A DNA stretch of 38,858 nt from a virus (IMGVR_UViG_3300036770_002623:1-38858), one strand, 5' to 3'. Shown: positions 17,901 through 25,389, numbered from the stretch's first letter. Made by a program: numbers and translations. Notes: generated by a model from the letters alone, not told the origin.

Positions 17901-19450
17901 GAACCATGCTTGGCAATCCCATCGGGGCCAGCCTGAATCTTTTTGGTGGAACCACAAGTAATGTGCAGGCGTTTGGAATTCTTCAAGTTGGCAAGTCTTA
18001 CTTGGAACTCCTCACGGATTGGAAGCAAGTCCAGAAAGAGGGCACGACCCTTGGCATTCTGAACACAGACTTCTTGAATATCCTTTCTGATCACGTTGAG
18101 AATGATGCTGGAAAGTACTTCTCTAAAACAGAGAAAGTCTCTGAGGCATTGTCTAAGTTCACCAATGTCATGCTGACTTATGGTGGATTCAACGGCGCAG
18201 AAAACGTGGTACGCGCCACTGCAATGTTAGCGGCAAGAAGTTGGCTGAATGATTCACTTAAAGCAGTCAATGAAAATCCCAACTCCAAAAAAGCCAAGAA
18301 GTTTTACGAGTGGGTAAGACGAGAGAACCTTGACGCAGACAAATTGATCTTGGAGAACGGGGCTGGCGAAGAGACCGGCAAGTTCTTGCGACGTGCGGTC
18401 AACGTGCCGCAGGGTTCTTACAAGATCGATATGACCCCTGTCTTTGTCGATACTGCTGCTGGACGATTCTTCCTTAAGTATCAAAAGTTTGGAACCCAGA
18501 TTAATCGGTTCTTCTATCGCCATTTTCTCAAGCCATTCTTTGACAACCCAAGTCCTGCTACGTTTTTTAGAGTGATTGGATTCCTTGGCTCTGCAATTGT
18601 TGGCGGTCAAGTTATTCTTGCTATACGCGAAGCGTTTGGATACGGTGATCCGGGTCCGGACGATGAGGAAATCAAGAAGGCATTTGAGAACGAAGACACC
18701 TCCAGAGGTTGGGCTTTGTTGTTCTCTCGCGTCTGGCAAAACATCATGGCGGCAGGCAGCGCGGGTAACTTTGGAAATTACCTTCAATTTAGTTTGGATT
18801 GGCAAGATCAGTTACGCCCGAAGAATCCATTGAGTCCTCCGGGAATTGCAAGCATTGATAACTTTGTTGAATTTGTTAACAAGATCCTCAACCAGAAAGG
18901 AATTACTGCAAGAGATATCGATGAGACCTTAGAAACATCTTTATCTTTCTATCGTGCCTACAAACGAATTGGATTGGGCGCTTTAGATTCGATTGGTGCA
19001 GATTTCAAGGAAGTCAAACGCTTTGCCAGTCGAAAGGAAATGCGCGAGATCCGTGAGATCAGCCGTCGTTACAGCGACGAGATGGAGTTGGAGTACAAGC
19101 GTCGTGTGGCTCCGGGTGCTGTCGTTCGCACTCCGATGTCTCCCGTAAATCGGGCTGTTGTTGACGCGCTGTATGCCGGTGATGGAGCCAGAGCCAGAGC
19201 CATCATCCGTGAAGCACAGAAGGGGCTGCCGAGGAAAGAGCGTGAACGTGTTCTTCGCAGCGTTCAAGCAGCGGCCCGTAATGGACAACCAATTCAGATT
19301 GCTGGCGTGTCTCCGTCCAAGGAGATTCGTCGCGACTTTGATCGTTGGGCTAGACAGAATCTTCCTGCCGAAAAGGTTCAGTTGATTAAACGAGTGGATC
19401 GCAATTACAGGCGAGCCGCTCGCACAGCAGGGATCAGTATTGGCGACTAA
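11939..19450 (+). CDS. Large polyvalent virion protein: zincin HExxH domain, ADP-ribosyltransferase (ART-PolyVal-like) domain, second HxxxH domain, LPD-like C-terminus
   Basis: LRHEVVHAL...EEAVAE; NFWNWFG.SK..D.QGRPLVFYHGT...VF..GQVKSAIGNNGEF; FRAVHDAFGH...GEENAW. 2503 aa, last gene of the injection module. Confidence 0.75.
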   Translation: MAANWWEIGKLVDTKPTTTDEEKNWWEIGRVVEEPKKEPQPSVAPEAQPAQGPVGFGPLSMLMESLPAVKQELTSVFTPETVQGVGSNIPLTAQLAILSSNLETIDNTMVDSPEKQKAQADTLKQIEDIQRQIQANTPEDLGFLQRGVRLGLENLPAMGIGTIASIAARSPAPALATAGALTRTQSYGQARAEGLAPDLAGTYADINAAIEVGLEASPTTKLLDAFNVKDAAGLKKKVLEFALTEGVTEQATTALQTLNDLAFQLDQQLANAESPLEAAKIQAERQALTAVATVVGGGTQAAGVGALNKIQRDRLLKQVESGERDLEDIGVEIEQIQIEKAREDALNSAANIAAPTPDEVRTEPGQTEATPFQSSESYAEKIFNSVGQFIPTDTTFKVETKDIDGTQSIVVTDQNGRQYGQAFQNKDQADQLALSLNNLTKSRDGVLKELEPLGTSLKDVLKGYGLNDIGLKLDTKIFGRRGEAMTSEGLFDPVVRQVFLAVDAIDPTGTLNTDQRREALRGVLRHEVVHALRYLDLWKKKEWKTLEKAAANLKKEGTDKTYLDVAREAYSDQNKVVQVEEAVAEMIRDVADRQAKFAGRPRSLSERAVQFFDRTKNALTGAGFQTYDDVIQRFEQGIVGSRERGQIRTLRAVEERAAEKGQVPERLQRLFTNPEERNKFRQETVQNLQTQKGPVSQPVANSLNTQGLRESRSFVEPVPEKIQVGDRSVGTRDSEGRLIYSGYEGPEVFGIQTRPTQEGLQNFWNWFGTSKTIDKQGRPLVFYHGTAADITAFRPKQAGSVFVTRSPEFAEEFGFLSDNYMVSNFPDFMSDQQVVDVLNETLANPASFSPKYYDQVAAARDQAIADVQAGKAIRPAALKPLKDIAADGRSSRYLNAIQKRLPSSANMIPVYVKADKPWDYDNKDDVKAVVRRARDNGADITASMIEEIGQGNWQTIEGSEGNAPILDAIRELGYDSMYVEEQGEKNLAVFDPGQVKSAIGNNGEFSPTTPSIRESRKQPVYNIVNSRTGEVVGQADTINGARRAVDRRDNQYGASVHTIQTVDAERDAEQRAKSRERLGLPALRESRGINVEVAPDPRDQEATNTFNSFPEETRAQITTEVADPVVRNVMRNLGIQDYQVEYTLGGFQGGTQPSIIVRFGNDVPYERIIESSKILGTLWKQQAVITYDENDKEGGDQRQYVKVTPSRPLSYSETQNLFNRIYQAYPNAAGFTSREGSLVFGNFDNTPPEEFLNNLRSVVGDNIADLDYDAETSSSIFRSDWIEPVNLEGTQYGQVTGTPGVAAGRDNVRRQREFDSLQSQSDELFRRAVELRSQRARDRAGRDQVGAIAPLEGAPIIEGATGPDPEIVSVAEGYARKLGIPYSRQRSYVEVDPDRAKRIADAYEAMAHAPQDPAVKQAYDDLIRQTRDQYDALTDAGYSFTFFDSNTDPYQGNPWNAMRDLRANKRMAVYGTYDGFGTEGITDAAVEDNPLLRDTGLRWPDQNGVLRPVTANDLFRAVHDAFGHGLEGAGFRARGEENAWQAHAQLFTGPALGALTSETRGQNSWLNYGPYGEKNRTANVLDTVFAEQKSGLMPSWTWQEGLETPVVPAAREAKRKKPKEGVPLGPPNPGPETDFDTTAAAEALNNSQPVDQMGIPAGPLVTDTMPDNTVDISRARLDPLMKRLITGVEFFQSAPDKLRSGVGLTDIAKRIEDYYDTYAERLGIVNSIIRDANKNIRIGGNKSALETFERFIRARENNRADEAAAIKAEASDSDRQLIDAWEKIAEETGRVNLSVRTPNGQPMKVYDPNLVTGTYGEKVGGFRPIKAVKQFFPRTMRREVLEVMMNPNTDPALYNELLDALVASGKAEDHESADAFLVREYFSDEVKQDYFAGVEKARTDPLPEIFYDYSWDAATRYLRKWARRTSQIQYFGQEMGEFHKDWFDTNIKKIRDDETQKYLNEIKNRIYEIESFGPLTNIMSWLNSIATGTMLGNPIGASLNLFGGTTSNVQAFGILQVGKSYLELLTDWKQVQKEGTTLGILNTDFLNILSDHVENDAGKYFSKTEKVSEALSKFTNVMLTYGGFNGAENVVRATAMLAARSWLNDSLKAVNENPNSKKAKKFYEWVRRENLDADKLILENGAGEETGKFLRRAVNVPQGSYKIDMTPVFVDTAAGRFFLKYQKFGTQINRFFYRHFLKPFFDNPSPATFFRVIGFLGSAIVGGQVILAIREAFGYGDPGPDDEEIKKAFENEDTSRGWALLFSRVWQNIMAAGSAGNFGNYLQFSLDWQDQLRPKNPLSPPGIASIDNFVEFVNKILNQKGITARDIDETLETSLSFYRAYKRIGLGALDSIGADFKEVKRFASRKEMREIREISRRYSDEMELEYKRRVAPGAVVRTPMSPVNRAVVDALYAGDGARARAIIREAQKGLPRKERERVLRSVQAAARNGQPIQIAGVSPSKEIRRDFDRWARQNLPAEKVQLIKRVDRNYRRAARTAGISIGD

Positions 19451-19748
19451 ATCCAACCACGCCAGTAACTACATGGGGCGGGTCAAGGAACTAGACTGCG
19501 CTCTCTGTACGATCTTGGGCCAGCCTCAGACTTCCATCACTGAAGCCCATCACATCCGCACTGGGCATGGGCTTGGTGATAGAGCCAGTGATTTCCTGAC
19601 AGTCGCGCTATGCGTTGAGTGTCATCGCGGGACGCATGGGTTCCACGGGACCAAGGCTCTGATGAAGATCGCCAAACTCAGTGAGATGGATTTGTTGGCC
19701 GAAACAATTAGAATGCTGGATCTTAAAAGTTTAAACTTAGAGAAATAA
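19440..19748 (+). CDS. HNH-fold protein (Ref / DUF968-like)
   Basis: C.LC...EAHHIR.G.G...RASDF.TVALC.ECHRG..G.HG. Confidence 0.7.
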   Translation: MATKSNHASNYMGRVKELDCALCTILGQPQTSITEAHHIRTGHGLGDRASDFLTVALCVECHRGTHGFHGTKALMKIAKLSEMDLLAETIRMLDLKSLNLEK

Positions 19749-19787
19749 ATCTAGGTTATATTTGGCCAAACGATGAGGGCTTGCATC

Positions 19788-20018
19788 GTGGCAAAGCGCA
19801 AAGATAAGTACATTCCTATTCAGATTGAAGAGGGGAAATGGTACAGAGTTAGGGGGTATACCCACTCTGAGTGTTGCGACTGTGCCTTGGTTCACCTTGA
19901 AGAATATCGTTTGGTTGATGGACATCTGGAATGGAGGGCTGTCAGGGATGACAAGACCACCAACGCCAGACGTAAACAACTAGGCATAAAGGTGGATCGT
20001 GCCAAAAAAGATCACTGA
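19788..20018 (+). CDS. Hypothetical protein (CCDC.LVH motif)
   Basis: GTG start with GAGG RBS; overlaps the phosphoesterase start. Confidence 0.6.
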   Translation: MAKRKDKYIPIQIEEGKWYRVRGYTHSECCDCALVHLEEYRLVDGHLEWRAVRDDKTTNARRKQLGIKVDRAKKDH

Positions 20019-20997
20019 CGAAGACTTCATTGCATGTTGGGAACGGTATAACAACCCTAGAAAAGTCTCAGAAATTCTTGGATTAAGCCTGCGCCAAACC
20101 TCCTCGCGAAGGCGAAGTCTAGAGTCCCGATATGGGATTCAATTGAAATCAAACACGGTTATATTCAACCCCAACAATAAGAACCTGATCTCAGCGGTAA
20201 GGGCAGATGAACTTGCCCGTGAGCGCGTTACCCGATACGAAGATGAAATGCATGGAACCCTGTTAGATGGGGTTCTGATGGTGGGTTCTGATGCCCATTA
20301 CTGGCCGGGTATTGTCAGCCCTGCACATGAAGCCTTCTGCAGATTAGCGAAAGAACTTAAACCCAAAATGGTTGTCCTCAATGGGGACATCATGGATGGT
20401 GCCCGGATTAGTCGCCATCCCAGAGTCCTTTGGCAGAAACTGCCGACCGTCAAGGATGAAGTCCATGCCATGCAGGATCGGTGCGCTGAGATCGAACGAG
20501 CAGCGCCCAGAGCCGCGCTAGTTCGGACTATCGGGAACCATGATGCAAGGTTTGAGAATTACCTTTGCGGACATGCACCCGAGTTCGAAGAGATGACGGG
20601 AACATCTCTGCTGCATTACCTGCCGAGATGGAGAGCAGGGTGGGCATTGCATTTAAACGCTAGCACACATGGCTGGACGGTCATCAGACATCGTCATGTC
20701 AGCGGCGGTATCCATTCAGCCTATGCATCCACTGTCAGGGCGGGTGTCCATTACGTTCATGGCCATCTCCACAAACTGCAATGCGTCTCGTTTGGAGATT
20801 ACCGAGGCCGCCGCTATGGGATAGACTGTGGAACCCTCGCTGACCCCAAGGGACCACAGTTCGCTTATACCGAAGGTGGTCCACTCAACTGGTCTAGCGG
20901 GTTCTACGTTCTGACATTCAAAGGTGGCGTGTTGTTGCCACCTGAACCCTGTTTGATTGATAGAGGTAAGGCATGGTTTCGCGGAGAGGAGATCTAA
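19999..20997 (+). CDS. Calcineurin-like metallophosphoesterase with N-terminal HTH-like segment
   Basis: SDAH, LNGDIMD, GNHD, GHLH motifs. Confidence 0.88.
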   Translation: MPKKITDEDFIACWERYNNPRKVSEILGLSLRQTSSRRRSLESRYGIQLKSNTVIFNPNNKNLISAVRADELARERVTRYEDEMHGTLLDGVLMVGSDAHYWPGIVSPAHEAFCRLAKELKPKMVVLNGDIMDGARISRHPRVLWQKLPTVKDEVHAMQDRCAEIERAAPRAALVRTIGNHDARFENYLCGHAPEFEEMTGTSLLHYLPRWRAGWALHLNASTHGWTVIRHRHVSGGIHSAYASTVRAGVHYVHGHLHKLQCVSFGDYRGRRYGIDCGTLADPKGPQFAYTEGGPLNWSSGFYVLTFKGGVLLPPEPCLIDRGKAWFRGEEI

Positions 20998-21182
20998 ATA
21001 ACCTACGTCCAGAACCTTGCGTGTCTTGTGTTTGGTGTTGCCCTTGGAATGGAAAGGGCTGGGGCTGTGCCCACAAATCAGTTAAGGGATTGCTTCGCGG
21101 AACGGTTCCGTGTGGAGGCCAGCACTACAAAAAAGCGGGGGCCTTTTCGTGGCCCCCGAAGGATGGTCTTGCAGAAGCATAA
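20973..21182 (+). CDS. Possible small Cys-rich protein
   Basis: CVSCVWCC...GC...C. The 3' end runs antisense over the terminator/sRNA candidate. Confidence 0.35.
   Translation: MVSRRGDLNNLRPEPCVSCVWCCPWNGKGWGCAHKSVKGLLRGTVPCGGQHYKKAGAFSWPPKDGLAEA
21129..21158 (-). terminator. Rho-independent terminator
   Basis: CGGGGGCC-ACGAAAA-GGCCCCCG followed by CUUUUUU on the minus strand, at a convergent gene boundary. Confidence 0.85.
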
Positions 21183-21218
21183 CCCGACTGCGCCGCGAGA
21201 ACAGGAGCGGCACCGACC
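21129..21218 (-). ncRNA. Putative trans-acting anti-RBS small RNA
   Basis: TTGTGT-N17-TAGTAT upstream (21252-21224); 7-bp stem with loop UCCUGUUCUC; second hairpin; terminator. Confidence 0.5.
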
Positions 21219-21226
21219 CGTGCATA

Positions 21227-21553
21227 CTACTCAGGTTGATCTGACCACACAACATCGTGGTCGCTACCGAATGACATGATCAGATCTAGCATGTCTGCCA
21301 TCTCCTGCTTGGACATGCCAGAGGTAGGCTCACCAAGGTAGACCATCCCGCCTTCGATACCGGGAACCATGCGCTGCTTACGGATGGCAGCAGTGAAGAT
21401 CCACTTCCAATCCTTCTTCGACAATCTCTGCCCGTGCCATTCAACCTGATCAGAGATGTCACCGAGCAGCGCCCACATCATGGAGTTCTGACTGACACTG
21501 CGACGGTTCTTCTTGATGACCTGTCCCAGCAATCTCTCTATGTTCTCTTCCAT
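21227..21553 (-). CDS. ninB: NinB / Orf family recombination protein
   Basis: RS.SQN..MWA.L.DIS.QV.WHG..L...DWK.IF.A...PG..GG.V.LG..TS.MSK. Start refined to ATG 21553. Confidence 0.85.
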   Translation of the reverse strand: MEENIERLLGQVIKKNRRSVSQNSMMWALLGDISDQVEWHGQRLSKKDWKWIFTAAIRKQRMVPGIEGGMVYLGEPTSGMSKQEMADMLDLIMSFGSDHDVVWSDQPE

Positions 21554-21555
21554 GT

Positions 21556-22107
21556 TTAAACTTCCTCTGAACTGAAGTAGCCGGACTGCCTCTTCAGGAA
21601 CTTCGGCCATGTAGGTTCAGCAAAAGACTTGTCCTTGATCAGGACATGGTTCGTGGGCTGTGCCGTGAACCTTCCGATGTTCTTCAGGGCAATGAAGTAG
21701 AACTCTTTGGATTGCTCTGGCTCTGCGCTAAACCCATCGCCAATCGGAGCAGCGGTAAATAGATACTCTCCGTCATGCTCTGATCGATTCTGGAGGCGTA
21801 CACGGGCCTGCATCCCTGAAAGGAAGGGATACTCCAGTGTCGTGAACTGCCAGCCATAAGCGTCCCATGTCGCTGCATCAGAGGGTTCCCAAGGTACGCA
21901 TTGAGGAGACAATGACAACTGATGCAAGCCAAGGTTCCGATATACCGCGCCACATTCCAGCATCACATGACATCCCCATGCTCGACCCGGCCATGCGGTT
22001 AAACCAAACCAGACACCCCGCATCCAGCCATGTTCCCCACAAGCATTGGGTTCCACCCAAACATATTGGTGTTTAGGTAAAGCACCGGACCCGGTGTAGA
22101 GCGTCAT
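21556..22107 (-). CDS. Hypothetical phage protein
   Basis: 183-aa ORF packed into the minus-strand operon; motif-like H.MLE.GA.YR.L, WD.YG, QPTN. Confidence 0.7.
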   Translation of the reverse strand: MTLYTGSGALPKHQYVWVEPNACGEHGWMRGVWFGLTAWPGRAWGCHVMLECGAVYRNLGLHQLSLSPQCVPWEPSDAATWDAYGWQFTTLEYPFLSGMQARVRLQNRSEHDGEYLFTAAPIGDGFSAEPEQSKEFYFIALKNIGRFTAQPTNHVLIKDKSFAEPTWPKFLKRQSGYFSSEEV

Positions 22108-22335
22108 TTATTCCCCCCTCGCACGGATGGCGGCGGCGCATCCCACAAGTGTCGGGATATGCGTCAATGTCGTTGATTCTTTCGGTATCGGACCGTCCTC
22201 ACACACCTTCGCACACGCCTCCCGCTCGGCTGCGGAAACGAGGGCGGCGAATCGTTCAAGTGCATGAGGCCAGAGGTCTGCGAATGTTCCAAACCCTGCC
22301 TCTCGCGCCAGTCGGATGATGTCGTCGCGGGTCAT
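22108..22335 (-). CDS. Hypothetical protein (MTRDDII.LAREAG...EREACAK.CE...AAAIRARG type)
   Basis: ATGA overlap with the upstream paralog; common phage small-ORF pattern. Confidence 0.75.
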   Translation of the reverse strand: MTRDDIIRLAREAGFGTFADLWPHALERFAALVSAAEREACAKVCEDGPIPKESTTLTHIPTLVGCAAAIRARGE

Positions 22336-22595
22336 AAAAAACCTCTCGCACGCTCCATAGCCTGCCACTCCAATGCCTTCAACAAATCTTCAACCGTATC
22401 ACCGTGACCGGTGGCATAGTCATGTTTAATCATCCACTTGGCTACCTTATCCCGCTCGGCTGTGGTAGCAAGGCGGTGGAAATGAATGTCTCGTATTGCA
22501 AGAAATCCCGTAGTCAAATAATCCCCATTAAATAAGTCTTTCTTGGCAAGTTCATACGCTTCATCTGCCATGCGTAGGATATCTTCGCGGGTCAT
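22332..22595 (-). CDS. Hypothetical protein (MTREDI.RMA...GHGDTVEDLL)
   Basis: ATGA-coupled; N-terminus paralogous to 22108-22335. Confidence 0.7.
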   Translation of the reverse strand: MTREDILRMADEAYELAKKDLFNGDYLTTGFLAIRDIHFHRLATTAERDKVAKWMIKHDYATGHGDTVEDLLKALEWQAMERARGFL

Positions 22596-22744
22596 TTTTC
22601 TACCCCAAGGGCTTTACATAGATCGTAGTACGCAAGCCCGAACCACAAAAAAATTGCCATGCCAACCATGTAAGGCAGAATCCATATCGGTGATGTCGCA
22701 ATAATCAAAACGGCTGCGACTTTTTTCCAGAAATTTAGTTTCAT
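22592..22744 (-). CDS. Small membrane protein, 50 aa, absent from the ORF track
   Basis: MKLNFWKKVAAVLIIATSPIWILPYMVGMAIFLWFGLAYYDLCKALGVEK; ATGA overlaps at both ends fill the gap exactly. Confidence 0.7.
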   Translation of the reverse strand: MKLNFWKKVAAVLIIATSPIWILPYMVGMAIFLWFGLAYYDLCKALGVEK

Positions 22745-22953
22745 ACCTTAGCCCCGTAGTATCTGCCAACCAGTTTAAATGCATCGATGTGCTGCTTTAA
22801 TTCTGCTAGGTCTTTGTCTTTGTCGAAGTTAAAGATGGCAATGTCTTTTCCAGCCTTGCGATCTTTGTAATCTTTCTGAAGCGACTTCAGGGTGCGCTGT
22901 AGTTCCGCTGCTGCAATCTCTTCTAGTAAGTCAGAACTAATTTCAATCTTCAT
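22741..22953 (-). CDS. Hypothetical protein
   Basis: GAGG RBS, ATGA-coupled. Confidence 0.7.
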   Translation of the reverse strand: MKIEISSDLLEEIAAAELQRTLKSLQKDYKDRKAGKDIAIFNFDKDKDLAELKQHIDAFKLVGRYYGAKV

Positions 22954-23147
22954 TTTGATTTCCTCTTGTATTCGCTGTTCTCTACTTTCTTGAGCCAGCC
23001 CTTGCCGGTCTCAACAAACCCCGCCATTGCCAGCGCCTCTAATGATCGGCAACCACCAAAGCCGTAGATGTGCGCTCTGAAAGATTCGGGTGTTGCAAAC
23101 TTACGTTTGCAGTCGGTGCATCGTCTTTCCTTTTTTACCACGCTCAC
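22950..23147 (-). CDS. Small C2H2-like zinc-finger protein
   Basis: CTDCKRKF....F.AH......C. Confidence 0.55.
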   Translation of the reverse strand: MSVVKKERRCTDCKRKFATPESFRAHIYGFGGCRSLEALAMAGFVETGKGWLKKVENSEYKRKSK

Positions 23148-23310
23148 GTTTCAACCTCGCCACTTCTTTACGCAGCCAAATGATCTCGTCCCTACAGGCC
23201 CACAACACGCTACCCACAGTCAGAAACTTCATCTCTGTTGTGGTAGATGTGTCGTTGATCTCACTTGGCAATGCCTGAATCAGATCAAGAATGTCATCTT
23301 CGATTTCCAC
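23101..23310 (-). CDS. Hypothetical protein
   Basis: GTG start after GGAG (MEIEDDILDL...), DEI..LR coiled-coil end. Confidence 0.6.
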   Translation of the reverse strand: MEIEDDILDLIQALPSEINDTSTTTEMKFLTVGSVLWACRDEIIWLRKEVARLKRERGKKGKTMHRLQT

Positions 23311-23536
23311 GAAGGCTCTCCAGTTCAATCCTCAAAGTATTCAACTCTAACGAGAGGACTGTAGCCTCGTCGAACAGACCCGCCCTCCGAATACTCTGCA
23401 AGGATTGCTCGACGCGCTTCTGCTGACTTTGACCATATCCCCATGGCGCAGCCCTCATTTCGTCTTTCCACGCGCCGGGCGGGGACTGGTTGTCTATTGT
23501 TACGCTGTCTATCTTCTGCTTGGATTCGCTCGTCAT
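23294..23536 (-). CDS. Hypothetical protein
   Basis: GAGG RBS upstream; DN.SPPGAW.DE.R.APWGYGQ. Confidence 0.55.
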   Translation of the reverse strand: MTSESKQKIDSVTIDNQSPPGAWKDEMRAAPWGYGQSQQKRVEQSLQSIRRAGLFDEATVLSLELNTLRIELESLRGNRR

Positions 23537-23771
23537 ACTGCATGATTCCTCGGTTTACTGCTTTCGCCAAGTACAGGTTAGAGATGCCCCACGATGCGCT
23601 TAATTTTTTGTAATCAACACGTTCGCCCCGATCCCTAGCCTTCTGTCTGTACTCCAGCAAAAACAAATACTGTTCATACGAAAGAACCAAGTTGTATCTT
23701 GACTTTCGTGTGTAGACCTTAGGTTCTTTTTCCTTTCGTCGTCTCATAGTTCTTTGGCTACTGCTAGCCAT
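23325..23771 (-). CDS. Basic HTH-like hypothetical protein
   Basis: YKKLSASWGIS..YLAKAV.RG helix-turn-helix-like segment; C-terminal half overlaps the next ORF. Confidence 0.5.
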   Translation of the reverse strand: MASSSQRTMRRRKEKEPKVYTRKSRYNLVLSYEQYLFLLEYRQKARDRGERVDYKKLSASWGISNLYLAKAVNRGIMQYDERIQAEDRQRNNRQPVPARRVERRNEGCAMGIWSKSAEARRAILAEYSEGGSVRRGYSPLVRVEYFED

Positions 23772-23775
23772 TTGT

Positions 23776-24060
23776 TTACTTGCCTTCGTATTGCGCTCGG
23801 ATCTTAGCCTCGGTCTCCTCCGCAACTGCATTGCGAACGAGTGTGATCAACTTGCACATCACATGGCTCTCGGACTTCTCCTGATTCGCCTTGTGCAGTT
23901 CATCAAACTGAGCAGCCATACCGGTGATCACTTCCCAGTCGATGTATTCCAACTGAAGGTTGTCACCGATAGTCGCCCAGACCTTTTCCTGCGGCGGGAT
24001 AAGAACCATGTCTTCTTTCTTCACGTCCAGATAGGACACGTCATCATCTAAGTTTTCCAT
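23776..24060 (-). CDS. Hypothetical protein
   Basis: GGAG RBS; operon packing. Confidence 0.65.
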   Translation of the reverse strand: MENLDDDVSYLDVKKEDMVLIPPQEKVWATIGDNLQLEYIDWEVITGMAAQFDELHKANQEKSESHVMCKLITLVRNAVAEETEAKIRAQYEGK

Positions 24061-25228
24061 TTCTCATCTCCCTTAATGCTTTGGTGATCTCACGAACCTG
24101 ATCATCCCAAGGGGCGACCATGTTCTTGCGGTTAAACATTCGGACGCTGGGATACCACAGCGAACGATCTTCATCTTTGCCGTTCCAGTACCAAAGTTTG
24201 TTGGCATCGAACATCAGGACAGGCTTGCCCATACCGCCAGCGATATGGACGTTGGCATTGCTGCATGACACCACGACATCGCAACACTGCATGGTGGCAG
24301 CGATTCCTTCCAGATCAAAGAAGGTATTGACGTGGGTCTGCTCAACGCGCCTGCCAGTTTCCTTTTCAAACGGTTCGATCTGTTCCTTGTTCTTGCCGTA
24401 CTGAAGGTTCACGAACCGGGTGTTCGGGATATCGAACAGCGGCTCCAGTTCTTTCAGAGCAATGCTCTTGTGTTCGCCTACGCGAGGGGCTGTGCTAGCC
24501 CATGACAATCCCACGATGAACTCATCGCCCCGAATCTTCAGTTGCTTGGAGATCGTCCCTGCATAGTCGTAGTTGGGAACCAAAAAGTTGGTGGAACGAT
24601 GCTTAGGGATATCGTCGAAGGACTTGATAAAGAACTCGCCGATACTGGCAATCGGAATCTGCGAGTCATACTCAGAGTTCTTGACCCGTGCGTCATGCCT
24701 CAGGAACTGGATGTGTGGCAGACCGCGTTTAAATAGTTCGACAAGGCGGATGTCCAGCATGACCGTGACCTTATCGACCTGTTTGCTCAGTGCATCTAGC
24801 AATGAGCCATACAGAATCTGATCGCCGATACCCTGCTCACACCAGACGAGGACGTTCTGGTATCCCTTGCCGGGTTCCCAACGAGGGAGTTTGGTCTTGA
24901 GTTTGGGAGACTTGAATGCATCGCTCTCCCATCGATGCTCGTAGAACTTCCAACCCGTATCGAATCGACCGAGTTGCAGATTCATCAGGCCCATCGTCCA
25001 GATCGCATCTGAACTATTAGGGTCGATCTGCATCAGCATTTCGAAATCGTGGAGCGCCTTGTCCCATCGATTCATTTCCCAGTGGACACGGCCACGCAGC
25101 GAGTAAGCCGATGCCACTAGCGAGTGCAGTTTGAGAATGGTGTCTAAGTTTGGAACAGCCTCGTCAAATTTGTCTTGATCTACAAGACGAACCGACTCGT
25201 TGAATAAATCCTGAATGCTTTTGCTCAC
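24044..25228 (-). CDS. TPR-containing glycosyltransferase (GT-B, GT9-like)
   Basis: N-terminal TPR-like repeats; GW..YE.RW, VWCEQGIGDQI, VGLSW, FVNLQYG, CDVVVS..N...H.AG.MG, W.W...SLWYPSVR. Confidence 0.85.
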   Translation of the reverse strand: MSKSIQDLFNESVRLVDQDKFDEAVPNLDTILKLHSLVASAYSLRGRVHWEMNRWDKALHDFEMLMQIDPNSSDAIWTMGLMNLQLGRFDTGWKFYEHRWESDAFKSPKLKTKLPRWEPGKGYQNVLVWCEQGIGDQILYGSLLDALSKQVDKVTVMLDIRLVELFKRGLPHIQFLRHDARVKNSEYDSQIPIASIGEFFIKSFDDIPKHRSTNFLVPNYDYAGTISKQLKIRGDEFIVGLSWASTAPRVGEHKSIALKELEPLFDIPNTRFVNLQYGKNKEQIEPFEKETGRRVEQTHVNTFFDLEGIAATMQCCDVVVSCSNANVHIAGGMGKPVLMFDANKLWYWNGKDEDRSLWYPSVRMFNRKNMVAPWDDQVREITKALREMRNGKLR

Positions 25229-25338
25229 CAGTAATCTCTCCCGCTGCGCTTGGCTGCCCATTCCGGTGGTGGAACATGGACTCTTTCGTTTCGGCTATCT
25301 CGTAGAACCTTGAAGAACAGATCAACGATCCATCTCAT
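25225..25338 (-). CDS. Small hypothetical protein, 37 aa, absent from the ORF track
   Basis: MRWIVDLFFKVLRDSRNERVHVPPPEWAAKRSGRDYW; GTGA overlap with the glycosyltransferase start. Confidence 0.55.
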   Translation of the reverse strand: MRWIVDLFFKVLRDSRNERVHVPPPEWAAKRSGRDYW

Positions 25339-25351
25339 AAAGCCCCCGTTT

Positions 25352-25386
25352 AAATCCCGGCGACACCATGTGATGCCGCCGGGTTT
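25352..25386 (-). other. Intergenic stem-loop (weak terminator or processing site)
   Basis: CCCGGCGGCAUCA-CA-UGGUGUCGCCGGG. Confidence 0.5.
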
Positions 25387-25389
25387 GGT

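Noticed and set aside
21190-21213. Plus-strand CsrA-type ACAGGA hairpin
   Set aside because: Plus-strand stem has a C-A mismatch and only one loop GGA; promoter and U-tract orientation favour the minus strand. Not fully excluded.
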